From positions 3,424,001 to 3,488,000 of the forward strand of contig OZ220696.1 in assembly GCA_965116495.1 (NCBI GenBank): a stretch of DNA of 64,000 nt. The letters are read 5' to 3'. Below the pieces are notes generated by a model, which was given only the letters and a program-made list of their open reading frames with translations, did not search any database and was not told the origin of the DNA. A program made the position numbers and the translations under genes. Origin of the DNA: Gammaproteobacteria bacterium. Lineage in GTDB: Bacteria; Pseudomonadota; Gammaproteobacteria; Eutrophobiales; Eutrophobiaceae. This document shows positions 42,352-53,498 of the stretch, one piece after another. Position 1 is the first letter of the stretch. The number at the start of each line of letters is the position of its first letter.

Positions 42352-42816
42352 TCACTCGCCGGGGTCTATACCCAGGCGATATTTGTACACCATCACCCCA
42401 CCATACCACCCGCCGATACAAAGACATATCAACCCTGCGCCTGAGATGAGGGCCGGCAGTAACACGGGCGATGCCAGAACCAGATTGTCGGCCAGCCGGG
42501 TATAACCGCTCACCAGGTAAAGGATCCATGCCGTACCGACGAAACCGGCATGTTTGTAAAATGCCAGCATCAACCTGTCTTCATCCGGAAGTTGCATAAA
42601 ATCGTAGACTCCGACGATCATTGCGGGTATGGCAAAAACAACCCCTGTCCATATCAGCAAGCTTGATACGGCCCACCAGTCCAGTCCAAAAAAAACAACC
42701 CCGGTACCAGTCAGCGCGGCCAGGTCCGCCGGATGGGACAGGCCCCAGCAGGCAATTGGGAAGTGAACCAGCGCCGGATGAAAAGGATGCCTCCCGGCGA
42801 CCTCTCTGTCCGGCAT
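42352..42816 (-). CDS. DUF2231-like membrane protein
   Basis: HPFHPALVHFPI, GGWYGG.MVY. Confidence 0.8.
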   Translation of the reverse strand: MPDREVAGRHPFHPALVHFPIACWGLSHPADLAALTGTGVVFFGLDWWAVSSLLIWTGVVFAIPAMIVGVYDFMQLPDEDRLMLAFYKHAGFVGTAWILYLVSGYTRLADNLVLASPVLLPALISGAGLICLCIGGWYGGVMVYKYRLGIDPGE

Positions 42817-42834
42817 TGAAATCCTGGCCGACGT

Positions 42835-43182
42835 CTAAGACGGACCTGAAAAGAGGGCGATCAGCAGGAGAAGAACTCCGCCTACTCCCGCCATGGCATG
42901 GACAACGACTGCAGGTCTCGGCGCCAGGTCCTTGTCCAGGTGGATGGATGCCAGGTAAAACCCGCCTACGGCTGCGCCAAGCAGGACAATCAAGGCCGTC
43001 ATTAATACTCCCCCACCTATGGTCATGGTTGCAATGCCTGCCAATACCAGGCCGGTGGCGCCCAACAGCATGTGCAGAAGCGATAGCGCCCAGGGCGCCA
43101 TTTTGCCCTTGAAAATCATCAGCGCCATGATTAATCCGCCTACCGCGGCTACCAAGAAGATACCAATTGCATACTCAAGCAT
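42835..43182 (-). CDS. Small 4-TM membrane protein with two intramembrane His
   Basis: LLH..LG and VVH..AG repeats. Confidence 0.65.
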   Translation of the reverse strand: MLEYAIGIFLVAAVGGLIMALMIFKGKMAPWALSLLHMLLGATGLVLAGIATMTIGGGVLMTALIVLLGAAVGGFYLASIHLDKDLAPRPAVVVHAMAGVGGVLLLLIALFSGPS

Positions 43183-43376
43183 TGCCTGCCCCCTTTGATT
43201 GAAGATGACTTTAAAATTAACCCCGCCATCTTACCAGATGTATGTCCACTGGTGAAATGGCAAAGCGATAGTACAAGTTATTGCCGAAATTTCCGTTTGT
43301 CAAGTTTATCTTTATCTTTGTTTACCATAATTCATCTTTATTTATCTGATTTTAGTTCAAACTGTTTTTCCAGGCA

Positions 43377-43943
43377 TTACTGGCCCGTAGCTTGGAATGA
43401 TTTTGGAGGTATAAAAAATACCTGTGCCAGCCAGGTTGTTCCAAATGCAAATGCCAGAACAATAAGCATATATCCGAGTTGCTGCTGCTCGCCTAACAGG
43501 TAGTTGTTACACAGGCGATCAGGTGAGACCAGGTAGATCCAGCCAAGCCTGAACAACATCGCCAGAAATTCAATTTTTACCACGCCCCTGGCTACCGGGT
43601 GCAGGACTTGCCAGCTCAGCGCCAATGGTATGCCGACTAGCAGGGGAAGAGACAAATATTTTATACATGCAGTGAATTCGTCGCTCAACGATGCGTCCAG
43701 CCACCTGGGTATCATCCAGAATGCAAGGGTAAAACAGGCTAACAGAATTGCCGGGATGCCGATCACGCTGAGCACCCCGGCCATGCGCGCTTTGAGCAGG
43801 CTGCCTGCAAAGATACCGATAGTAATGAGCAGCGGGATTTCAACCAATACGTGATTCAGCAAAGAGGTCTCAAGATATGGTCCTGCAGGGCCAACGGCAA
43901 TGAGCAGCCACAACGCAAATGCTGTTACGATACCCCTGTACAT
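43377..43943 (-). CDS. Membrane protein of the sNOR cluster (orf1-like)
   Basis: H.LVEIPLL, FWMIPRWLD, RLCNNYL..EQ; follows SCO. Confidence 0.65.
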   Translation of the reverse strand: MYRGIVTAFALWLLIAVGPAGPYLETSLLNHVLVEIPLLITIGIFAGSLLKARMAGVLSVIGIPAILLACFTLAFWMIPRWLDASLSDEFTACIKYLSLPLLVGIPLALSWQVLHPVARGVVKIEFLAMLFRLGWIYLVSPDRLCNNYLLGEQQQLGYMLIVLAFAFGTTWLAQVFFIPPKSFQATGQ

Positions 43944-43946
43944 GGT

Positions 43947-44555
43947 TCAGATGAGCGAAGTCAGGTGTTCCATTAATTCCGCGGTGTTGTCGATACCGTA
44001 AATACCAACCACCCGATGGTTCCTGACCAGGTATATCGCAGCATTGTGCACGTATCCCAGGTCCGGTTCCGGTAAAACAATGACACCGAGACTGTCAAGC
44101 AGTTCATCCAGGGATCGCTTATCGGCAACCCTGAGGGCGGACCAGTTGCCGGGTTCGGAAGAAAACCTTTTGAGGTAGGCGGATAATTCTTCGGGACCGT
44201 CATTTTCATGGTCGAAAGAGATGCTTAAAAACTGGATATCTTCAGCGTGTCCGCTTGATGCCAGCAGCGTTTGCAACCGGCTGAACCGGTAGCCCATCAC
44301 CATGCATGCGGTAGTGCAGCGGGAAAAGATAAAGTCTACTACCAGAACTGGTTTTTCAAAGTCGTGGAGGTTGGAAAATACACCTGTCTCACGTTGGACG
44401 TGAATATCCGGCAGGGGTGTCTGTTGGTCCATAACTGCGCGCCGGCGCGCAGACTCGGCTGTCCAGACAGTCCAGCCGTCTGTAGCCCAGCCGAGTGTCG
44501 CCAGGCCGCCTGTAGTAACGCTGAGGGTCAGTACCAGGCTTAGCCACGGTTTCAC
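43947..44555 (-). CDS. senC: SCO/SenC copper chaperone
   Basis: FIFSRCTTAC (CxxxC) and conserved His. Confidence 0.88.
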   Translation of the reverse strand: MKPWLSLVLTLSVTTGGLATLGWATDGWTVWTAESARRRAVMDQQTPLPDIHVQRETGVFSNLHDFEKPVLVVDFIFSRCTTACMVMGYRFSRLQTLLASSGHAEDIQFLSISFDHENDGPEELSAYLKRFSSEPGNWSALRVADKRSLDELLDSLGVIVLPEPDLGYVHNAAIYLVRNHRVVGIYGIDNTAELMEHLTSLI

Positions 44556-45991
44556 GCTGTGCGGGCGTTCCCCATGTGGGTGAGAAATCGTAAGGCGAAT
44601 ACCAGCGCAGACAAGGTGATGCCTGTTGCCAGCACCGAGGCCACTTCACTGTAACCCACCCATTCGGGCAGGTGGACCGCCCAGCGCCGCGCCACGCTGG
44701 CCTGGCCGCCGGCAAGAAAGTTCATGCAAAGACCGGTGCCGGCCACCAGGAATATCCAGAATGCCAGTTTGTCGAGCAGTTTTGGCGCGCCGTTCTGGGC
44801 GATGTAATACATGAAGCCGAACAGCATCGCCACCAGGCCGACAATCAGGTACATGTGGAAATGGCCGGGCACCCACAAGGTGTTGTGCATGACCTGGTTC
44901 GCCGCGATCGTCCCATCGATAACCGCGGGAACCACGCCTACCGCCCAACCGAAAACGGATATAAATAACAGCCCGGATACCATATCCCACTGCAGGTTTG
45001 ACCGATGTACAATTGCCAAAGTGTTATATGCGGTAACCAGCAGAATAGGCAGTCCGCTCAGGTAAGACAGCACCTGTCCCATCAGCAGCATCCAGGTCGG
45101 CATCGCGAAATCCATCAGAAGATGATGCGGGTAGACGAACATAACCATGAAGGTTGAAGCCGTCCAGGCCGCGAGGAATACCTTGTTCACTTTCCAGGGT
45201 CGTCCCGTGTATTCCGGCAGGATCTCGTAAACCGCGATAACGGCCTGGTAGATGGTGGCATTGATAAAGACGTGGCCGAAGAAAAAAATGAGATTTTTTG
45301 TCAGCAGCGCATTAACGGCAAATGCCGGATAAAACAGGTTCACGAGTATCATGGTCAGTACCACGGCGCCGCCCAGGATACCGGCAATATTGATAATTAC
45401 CACCATGGTTGACGCAACCACGCAGGCCGGTGGAAAGTCGGTGCTGTTGCCGAATAGCTGGGGCCAGCCGAGACCGCGCGCCAGGCTGCCGTATTTCGAG
45501 ATGATGGCGCGCCCTGCGTCCAGGTAGAGCAGCAAAAAGCCGACACCTATCAGGAGGAGTCCGATAAGGAAGGACGCCGCGCCGCTTGTACCCCAGACAC
45601 CCATCCCATGGGAAGGCAATGGAAACAGGAATGTCCAGGCGCCACCATATCCTCCCAGGAATATTCCTCCCAGTATCAACACAACGCCGAGCAGGAAGAA
45701 AACCAGGTTAGCCCACAGTATTCCGGTAGTGAGGTTGACGTGCCGGCGCAGGAAATACCACAAGACGGCACTGGCAGCGAGGCCGGAAATGCCGACCATA
45801 CCGGCGCCGTGCGCGGTCATGACCTGGTAAAAAATATGTGGCGGAATACCCAGCCATTGTGCCTGGCCCACGTGCATGAGCAGTCCCAGCAGCATCATTA
45901 ATACGTAAACAAGCGCACCGACCCCGAGATAAGTAATAATGGCGTAGCGTGCAGATTTATTCAGAGGTGGTATTGAAGATTCATTTGCCAT
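44552..45991 (-). CDS. norY: Heme-copper oxidase superfamily subunit I, sNOR type
   Basis: MTAHG, GHVFIN (Asn where oxidases have the cross-linked Tyr), HH, HFH. Confidence 0.75.
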   Translation of the reverse strand: MANESSIPPLNKSARYAIITYLGVGALVYVLMMLLGLLMHVGQAQWLGIPPHIFYQVMTAHGAGMVGISGLAASAVLWYFLRRHVNLTTGILWANLVFFLLGVVLILGGIFLGGYGGAWTFLFPLPSHGMGVWGTSGAASFLIGLLLIGVGFLLLYLDAGRAIISKYGSLARGLGWPQLFGNSTDFPPACVVASTMVVIINIAGILGGAVVLTMILVNLFYPAFAVNALLTKNLIFFFGHVFINATIYQAVIAVYEILPEYTGRPWKVNKVFLAAWTASTFMVMFVYPHHLLMDFAMPTWMLLMGQVLSYLSGLPILLVTAYNTLAIVHRSNLQWDMVSGLLFISVFGWAVGVVPAVIDGTIAANQVMHNTLWVPGHFHMYLIVGLVAMLFGFMYYIAQNGAPKLLDKLAFWIFLVAGTGLCMNFLAGGQASVARRWAVHLPEWVGYSEVASVLATGITLSALVFALRFLTHMGNARTA

Positions 45992-46016
45992 GACATAACT
46001 CCTAAATCAGGGTTCA

Positions 46017-46541
46017 TCACTTGACGTTAAATGGAATGATCATCGCGTGATGGGACAGACCGCAATATTCCATACACATTAACCGGTACTGGCCCGGTTC
46101 GCTGAACGTGAATTTCAGTTTGTTCTCATACCCCGGCATTGCCTGGGTCTGGGCCAGTAAACGCAGTTCGCCGTCGTAGATACCCATCCCGTGGTTGACG
46201 TCTTCAGTCGTGACATTGAATATGACGGTAGTACCGGCTTCCACCTCATTTTGACTCAGTTCCCAGAACCATTGTTTGCCTACCGCGTCAATTTCGACGG
46301 CGCCGACAACAACCTCACCGCGCGTCGCCGCGTACGGTAGTACCTGGGTCGTAGCAATGAAGATGATTACCCCGGCTGCGAGCATCAGCCAGAACAACTT
46401 CGCCCTGAAACTCAAGGCGCGGGCCTGCGCCTCTTCGTATTCCGGGATTGTTTTTGACGAGTTGACAGTGACGTAAATAAAGGCAGCCGCAACAACGGCC
46501 ATGAGTGAGAGCGATACAAGCCAGACAGTCTCCTGGATCAT
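46017..46541 (-). CDS. norS: CuA-containing subunit II
   Basis: DVNHG...CMEYCGLSHHAM. Confidence 0.78.
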   Translation of the reverse strand: MIQETVWLVSLSLMAVVAAAFIYVTVNSSKTIPEYEEAQARALSFRAKLFWLMLAAGVIIFIATTQVLPYAATRGEVVVGAVEIDAVGKQWFWELSQNEVEAGTTVIFNVTTEDVNHGMGIYDGELRLLAQTQAMPGYENKLKFTFSEPGQYRLMCMEYCGLSHHAMIIPFNVK

Positions 46542-46634
46542 CAGTATTCCCCTTTGGGTGATGGACACGACCTAATACATATATTTCACGTACATGATTT
46601 CACTTGAGTTAGCCACCTGTCAAGCTTCATCAGT

Positions 46635-48074
<1,440 letters not shown>

Positions 48075-48095
48075 AGTCATCCTCACTTGACTGGT

Positions 48096-48123
48096 GTCAT
48101 GCCGGCGCAAGCCGGTATCCAGT
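48096..48123 (+). repeat. REP-like palindrome between boxC and boxB
   Basis: GTCATGCCGGCGCAAGCCGGTATCCAGT; same family as 27164 and 22603. Confidence 0.65.
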
Positions 48124-48135
48124 CAATACACATTT

Positions 48136-49845
48136 TCATACCCTGTTTTTATCATATTCAGGACGCAAGCCGGTGCCGTAGCGGCGCAGGGCGCCCGCAT
48201 CACTTACCGCGTTGGGCCGCTGGAATATCCAGTTCTGCCAGGCAGTCAGCCGGCCGAAAATCTTGGTCTCCATGGTTTCCGGTCCGGCAAAGCGCAAATT
48301 GGCTTCCATCCCCACCAGGGCATCGGGAGAAAAACTGGCCCGTTCTTCCAGCAGCATCCTGATCTCGTCCTCCCAGTCGATGTCATCGGGTGTAAACGTC
48401 ACCAGGCCCAGGTCCGAGGCTCGCGCCGCGTCAATATTTTGGCCGATAGATTGCCAGGCAGTCGCAACACTATCCGGTTCGCCGAGGAAACGGGTTTCCA
48501 GGCGGGTCAGGCCATTCGCCATCGGCAGCGGGCCGAAGTTGCTCTCTGTCAGGATGATGGCGGCAGGCGCCGTGTCATCGTCTTCAAACTGCCCGTCCAG
48601 CATGTAACTGCGGTCCACGGCGAACAGAAGTTCGGCCAGGAAGCCGGCGAAACAACTGCCGGGCTCAATAAAGGCAAAGCTGGTTCGTGACGTTACATCA
48701 AGCCGTTTCAGGGTGCGCTTCCAGTACAGGATGATTTCCCGTATCAGCCAGTTGTCCCTGTGGCGTTGCAGAAACCTGTCATAGTCCCTGACGGACCCGG
48801 CCGCGCCGGCGCTGGAGATAATGATGGTGCCGATGGCCGGTTCATTGAAACGCAGGTGCAACAGAGCATCGTCCAGTTCCCGGGCCAGGGCCAGGGGCCA
48901 GAACCGGTCTCCCATTGCGACCACGTCCGCCCTACTGTCCGGCACTCCTGCATCAGGGCCTTTGATTTGCAAGGTCACGCTGTTGTTTTTCCTGTCCATG
49001 GTCAGGCTCAGCCAGTCGTAACCGATGCTGTCTGCCTCAATTGTCCGTGTCAAAGGGGTCAATTGCACTCCCGTGGCTGCATCGGGGCGGTCCGACATCA
49101 GGCACATTTCCCGGGCCCGTTCTGCCACCCGGTCTGCAAACCGGGAGCCCGGCACGGTTTCATCCACCAGGCGCCAGTCGACCGCGCGTTGTCCTTTAAC
49201 GCCTTCCTCCACGGTACAGAACACGTCGGCCAGGTCCCGGCGCACCTTTCTTTTATCGACGATCCGGGTCAGGCCGCCGGTGCCGGGCAGCACGGCAAGC
49301 AAGGGGATTTCCGGCAGCGACACGGCGGCATTGCCGTCGTCGATGAGGATCAGGTAATCCATGGCCAGCGCCAGTTCATAGCCGCCACCGGCTGCGGTTC
49401 CGCTCAATGCGCACAGGTAGCGCTGGCCGGAGAATTCCCCGGCATCCTCAATGGCGTTCCGGGTCTCGTTGGTAAATTTACAGAAATTCACCTTGTGCCC
49501 GTGAGACGCCCCCGCCAGCATGCGGATATTGGCGCCGGCGCAGAACATGGTGGGCTTGGCGGAACTGACTACCACGGTTTTCACTTCCGGGTGTTCAAAG
49601 CGCAGCCGTTGCATAGCATCGTAAAGCTCTATATCGACACCGATATCGTAGGAATTCAGCTTGAGTTCATAACCGGAAAACACGCCGCCGTCTTCATCCA
49701 CGTCCATGTCCAGGCTGGCGATGGCGCCACTTGTCGACAGCTTCCAGTGGCGGTAATGATCGGGATGCGTTTGGAAATCCAATTGCAAGGAATCCGTTGC
49801 TATCGGCAGTTCTGACACATTATCAATTTTTCCCGAATCAGGCAT
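48136..49845 (-). CDS. boxC: 2,3-epoxybenzoyl-CoA dihydrolase
   Basis: YRHWKL, LKLNSYD.GVDIEL, KVNFCKFTNETR, QNWIFQRPNA. Confidence 0.93.
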   Translation of the reverse strand: MPDSGKIDNVSELPIATDSLQLDFQTHPDHYRHWKLSTSGAIASLDMDVDEDGGVFSGYELKLNSYDIGVDIELYDAMQRLRFEHPEVKTVVVSSAKPTMFCAGANIRMLAGASHGHKVNFCKFTNETRNAIEDAGEFSGQRYLCALSGTAAGGGYELALAMDYLILIDDGNAAVSLPEIPLLAVLPGTGGLTRIVDKRKVRRDLADVFCTVEEGVKGQRAVDWRLVDETVPGSRFADRVAERAREMCLMSDRPDAATGVQLTPLTRTIEADSIGYDWLSLTMDRKNNSVTLQIKGPDAGVPDSRADVVAMGDRFWPLALARELDDALLHLRFNEPAIGTIIISSAGAAGSVRDYDRFLQRHRDNWLIREIILYWKRTLKRLDVTSRTSFAFIEPGSCFAGFLAELLFAVDRSYMLDGQFEDDDTAPAAIILTESNFGPLPMANGLTRLETRFLGEPDSVATAWQSIGQNIDAARASDLGLVTFTPDDIDWEDEIRMLLEERASFSPDALVGMEANLRFAGPETMETKIFGRLTAWQNWIFQRPNAVSDAGALRRYGTGLRPEYDKNRV

Positions 49846-49901
49846 GGTTGTTGTCAGTTGTAAGCAGCTTCATTATAAAGCAATCCGGGCTGAGTTTCTC
49901 T

Positions 49902-52900
49902 CTACTCATCTACGTCCAGGATGTCAAAGCGCCCATCTCTCAGAAGGTTTTCCCGCGCACGTTCCACTATTTTACGTACACTCTCATCTTCGCTACGCAG
50001 TCCTGCCACCAGGATGGGCTTGGCTTTTTCTGTTTGAATGTAGAGCCTGTTGCCCTGGTCAATGGCATCAGTTATTTTTGCAAAGCACTGCACGACTTTT
50101 GCGGTGTGGTTTTGCAGCATGTCGTTCAATGAATCGAGTACAATTGAGATACCCACGTCCTTTGCGTGGCCTATCTCAAGCGTTTTGGAATACGCGTCTA
50201 AGCGCCAATCAGGGGCCAGGCATTTCGCCTGCAACCAGAAGGTGAATTCAGCTAGTTCTTTCGGTTCTCTGGTTTCAAGTCGCCAGTTAAAGAAAGCGAT
50301 TATACGTTCTTCCAAGCCTTCATCGAGGTGTGTGCCGCTATTCCTCAACGAGCGTCCGACGTGGTCGAAGAGTCTGGCCCATCGTTCCTGGTCCCCTGTG
50401 GTTTTTTCATAGAATTTTTCCAGCAGGCTGTCATTACCTCTGAGTGGATAGATTTGCCACAGGTAATAGGTGAAAAGATGTTGGCCCAATCTATCAACCA
50501 GTTCCATACGCCGATTTTCGTTTGCTGCCAAATCGGGCAGACGGCCGAGGGAGAATACAAACTCCTGCTTCAGAATTTCAAAAGTCAGTTTGGACGGATG
50601 ATTGAAGCGCAAAAAGTTTCCAAACGCTTCCATCCATGCAGACAGATCTTTTTGAGGAAAAAAGTCTGCTTTGTGCTCGATTGCCCAGGTTTGATTCAAA
50701 ATTCGAAGGTTGCCGAAGTTCATGCCGAGCATTGCGCGCTCGGGCATGGCAAGAGGCCGCTTCGCAGCGGACTTCAAACGTGCTTCGAGGGTTGATGTCA
50801 CCTCAGGCACAGTGTCCTTACTATCGTGCTTGCGTATCCAAAAGCCGAATTTGAACAAGGTTTGCAAAGCGTTGCTCCGGGTATTGTTAATCGCTTCGGT
50901 AATTGGATCATCACGATTCAGGAAGACTGGCTGCTCGCGATCCAACCGCCTGTCAAATTGTGTGCATAGCAATCGGAGAAGCCTAGCCAGTGATTCTCGT
51001 GCAGAGATTGGAACCTTTATATCATCTTCCACACACGTCGCTACGAAATCCTGCACTGCCCGGCGTGAACTTCTCCAGTCCGGGTGTTCCCGCGATTCTT
51101 CGCTCGGCTCCGCACCCTCTTCATGCTCCGCATCGGGATGCGACAACACCCATTCGCAGAAACCGAACCATAGGTCGAGCTGTTCAAAACATTGCTCTTT
51201 CACGTGCCCCTGTATCGCTTGAATAATTGCTTTAACGTAGACCGGACGCTCTATTCGTTCACCGTTGTCCCTGTCCATCCAGAATGCCAGTCGTTCCCTA
51301 CCCTGGATTATTGAGTCTTTGAACACCGTTTGAAATGCGTCAGCTAATGCTCCGACGTTAATTTCGACCAGCCAGTTGTTTTCGTCGGTATGTTCATCTT
51401 GCCATTCGTTGATATATGCGAGCAGATCCTCATTGCCAAGTGTCGCCAGTTCTTCAGATGTGCGAGGACTACGATATGAGACTGTCCCGCCTGTTGACTC
51501 CCCGACGGGCGAATACTCTTCATCAGAAATGGGTTTTTCCTTGAATTCATTTTCGAGTTCATAAAAGTAGCTTTGATATTCTCCGGTCAGTAAGCGTGCA
51601 AAAGGGCGCAGTTGCATTCTGTGAAAATATTGCTGTCGTTGCCAGAATTTCTCGTCAGTGAATTGGTTCCCCATCCATTCGCGGAAATTATCTTTTGATG
51701 GGCCGGTGAGAATGGCGTCGAATATTGCCGTTCTTTCTTCCTCATTAAGCAAATCAGCGCCAAAATGTTCACAGGCCTTGCGAACCATTTGTTGAAACTC
51801 AAAGTGATGGTCCCATTTGGCATAGTCTCGATGTTCGAGGATGAACTCGCGAATCCAGGGTAATGTCTGCTCATTAGGATTCAGAGCATAGAGATGCTGT
51901 CGCAGCCGTTTGAAAACCTTCCAGCGCTGATTTCGTAATGTCTCGTCAAGGGGTTCAACTGATTCTGGTGATTTCTCGTAAACCTTCTCACAGGCGAAGG
52001 TGAGGGTGTGAATCAATGTTGCTTTAATATCTTCGTGGACCGGGTCAGTTTGATGCAGGCGTCGGCACCAGATTTCCGAGAGGTCTCCATCTCTTTCTTC
52101 ATCGAGATCTTCCTGGTGCGTACTTAATCGAAGCATACTCGCCGTGGCATTGATTAGGACCACGGCAACCTGATAAGCCGCCTTGTCTGTCAATGGCCGA
52201 ATGCCATTTTCTAATATTTGCTGGTAGTCCCATTGATCGAAACGAGGCAAGGGTTCAAGAGGTGTTGTCCAATCTTCCGAAGTTTCCGCTCGTCTATCCT
52301 GCTTTTCTTTGGTATTTGGGTCAGGAAGGAAGCCGACCAATTTGCTTAACAGCAATGGGGTGAACTCTGCCAGTGCCTTGTCGAATAGAAAAGGTTTCTT
52401 GAGCAGTTCGATTATCTTGTCGTATCTTCTCCAAATGGAATGGTCTATATAAGATAAAATTTTGGAAGACAATCTATTGACTGCTGCAACCGAATCGGCC
52501 TTCAGAACAACATCCATAATACTTTCTAAAATGTGTGAGTTATTCGTGAGAGGAAGCTTTTCCAACAATTCAAGAACGACATCGGGCTTGGCTTCGTACA
52601 TGCTAACAAGGTAATTTATTGGGCGCCAAAACGGTGTCCGATAGCTACCATCCTTTATTCTTTCTACGGGGGGAGGATTATCGAAATAGCCATTGGATAT
52701 CAAGAGTTCGAGCCAAATACCGTCTTTAGCATGGTCGAAGAAGTATTCATAGTTACTACCCCTGCTTCTTAGGAGGTTCAAGACACGGTCAATCTCAATT
52801 GGTGTGGGCTTGTTGCCGCGGCCAAGGATAGCCTTCAACTCCGTAAGGTCTTCGGTTGTAATTGGTTTGGTGGGGTCAATCTCCGGCAGTTCCAAATTCT

Positions 52901-53498
52901 CGCTTTTAAGTTCTGGTTCAAACGCTTGTACATAGTCATTGAGACTGGAAAAATGCTTAATAAATCGGCGGGTGACACAAGCTTTTTTGAAATCACCATC
53001 GTCACTAACGACAGCGATATTTGCTTTGTGTTCCTTATGATAGTACTCCAATGCACTAAGGATAAATGCATCAGGAAATTCTTTGGATTTTTTTTCGGAA
53101 AACGGTGGTTCTATTCTAAAATACCGATCAACCACATCTTCTAAATTCCCAACAAGCGGCAGTTCCTCCACAATGAAATGTTCCTTAAATGTCCTCCATT
53201 GATCAGCTAATTTTTGATAGCTCTTTGATTTCAGTTCGTCTTTTAGAGGCACATCCATCAGTGACAGAGAATCAATCGGGTGTGTTTTGTGGGCCTTAAT
53301 CAAGGCATCGGTTGCTTTGAACGCTTTCTCATCGAATTTGCGGAGCAACTCCCGTTCCATGATTGCCGGGAGCAGCAGGCGGATTCCACCTTTTACAAAA
53401 GTTTTCCTCAAATGGGTAAATGATTGTGTATCGAACCGTAATCCGTTTTTAACAAAAACTTGGGTATCAATATATAAAGCTGTGGGAGTATGTCTCAT
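49902..53498 (-). CDS. Large protein with N-terminal PIN-like nuclease domain (DUF4935-like)
   Basis: YIDTQVF, E, KEFPDAF, VVSDDGDF; long helical C-terminal region; ATGA overlap with hsdS. Confidence 0.72.
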   Translation of the reverse strand: MRHTPTALYIDTQVFVKNGLRFDTQSFTHLRKTFVKGGIRLLLPAIMERELLRKFDEKAFKATDALIKAHKTHPIDSLSLMDVPLKDELKSKSYQKLADQWRTFKEHFIVEELPLVGNLEDVVDRYFRIEPPFSEKKSKEFPDAFILSALEYYHKEHKANIAVVSDDGDFKKACVTRRFIKHFSSLNDYVQAFEPELKSENLELPEIDPTKPITTEDLTELKAILGRGNKPTPIEIDRVLNLLRSRGSNYEYFFDHAKDGIWLELLISNGYFDNPPPVERIKDGSYRTPFWRPINYLVSMYEAKPDVVLELLEKLPLTNNSHILESIMDVVLKADSVAAVNRLSSKILSYIDHSIWRRYDKIIELLKKPFLFDKALAEFTPLLLSKLVGFLPDPNTKEKQDRRAETSEDWTTPLEPLPRFDQWDYQQILENGIRPLTDKAAYQVAVVLINATASMLRLSTHQEDLDEERDGDLSEIWCRRLHQTDPVHEDIKATLIHTLTFACEKVYEKSPESVEPLDETLRNQRWKVFKRLRQHLYALNPNEQTLPWIREFILEHRDYAKWDHHFEFQQMVRKACEHFGADLLNEEERTAIFDAILTGPSKDNFREWMGNQFTDEKFWQRQQYFHRMQLRPFARLLTGEYQSYFYELENEFKEKPISDEEYSPVGESTGGTVSYRSPRTSEELATLGNEDLLAYINEWQDEHTDENNWLVEINVGALADAFQTVFKDSIIQGRERLAFWMDRDNGERIERPVYVKAIIQAIQGHVKEQCFEQLDLWFGFCEWVLSHPDAEHEEGAEPSEESREHPDWRSSRRAVQDFVATCVEDDIKVPISARESLARLLRLLCTQFDRRLDREQPVFLNRDDPITEAINNTRSNALQTLFKFGFWIRKHDSKDTVPEVTSTLEARLKSAAKRPLAMPERAMLGMNFGNLRILNQTWAIEHKADFFPQKDLSAWMEAFGNFLRFNHPSKLTFEILKQEFVFSLGRLPDLAANENRRMELVDRLGQHLFTYYLWQIYPLRGNDSLLEKFYEKTTGDQERWARLFDHVGRSLRNSGTHLDEGLEERIIAFFNWRLETREPKELAEFTFWLQAKCLAPDWRLDAYSKTLEIGHAKDVGISIVLDSLNDMLQNHTAKVVQCFAKITDAIDQGNRLYIQTEKAKPILVAGLRSEDESVRKIVERARENLLRDGRFDILDVDE

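Noticed and set aside
43305-43350. Another copy of the regulon motif (TTTACCATAA with phased TTTATC)
   Set aside because: Too degenerate in T-rich DNA to count.
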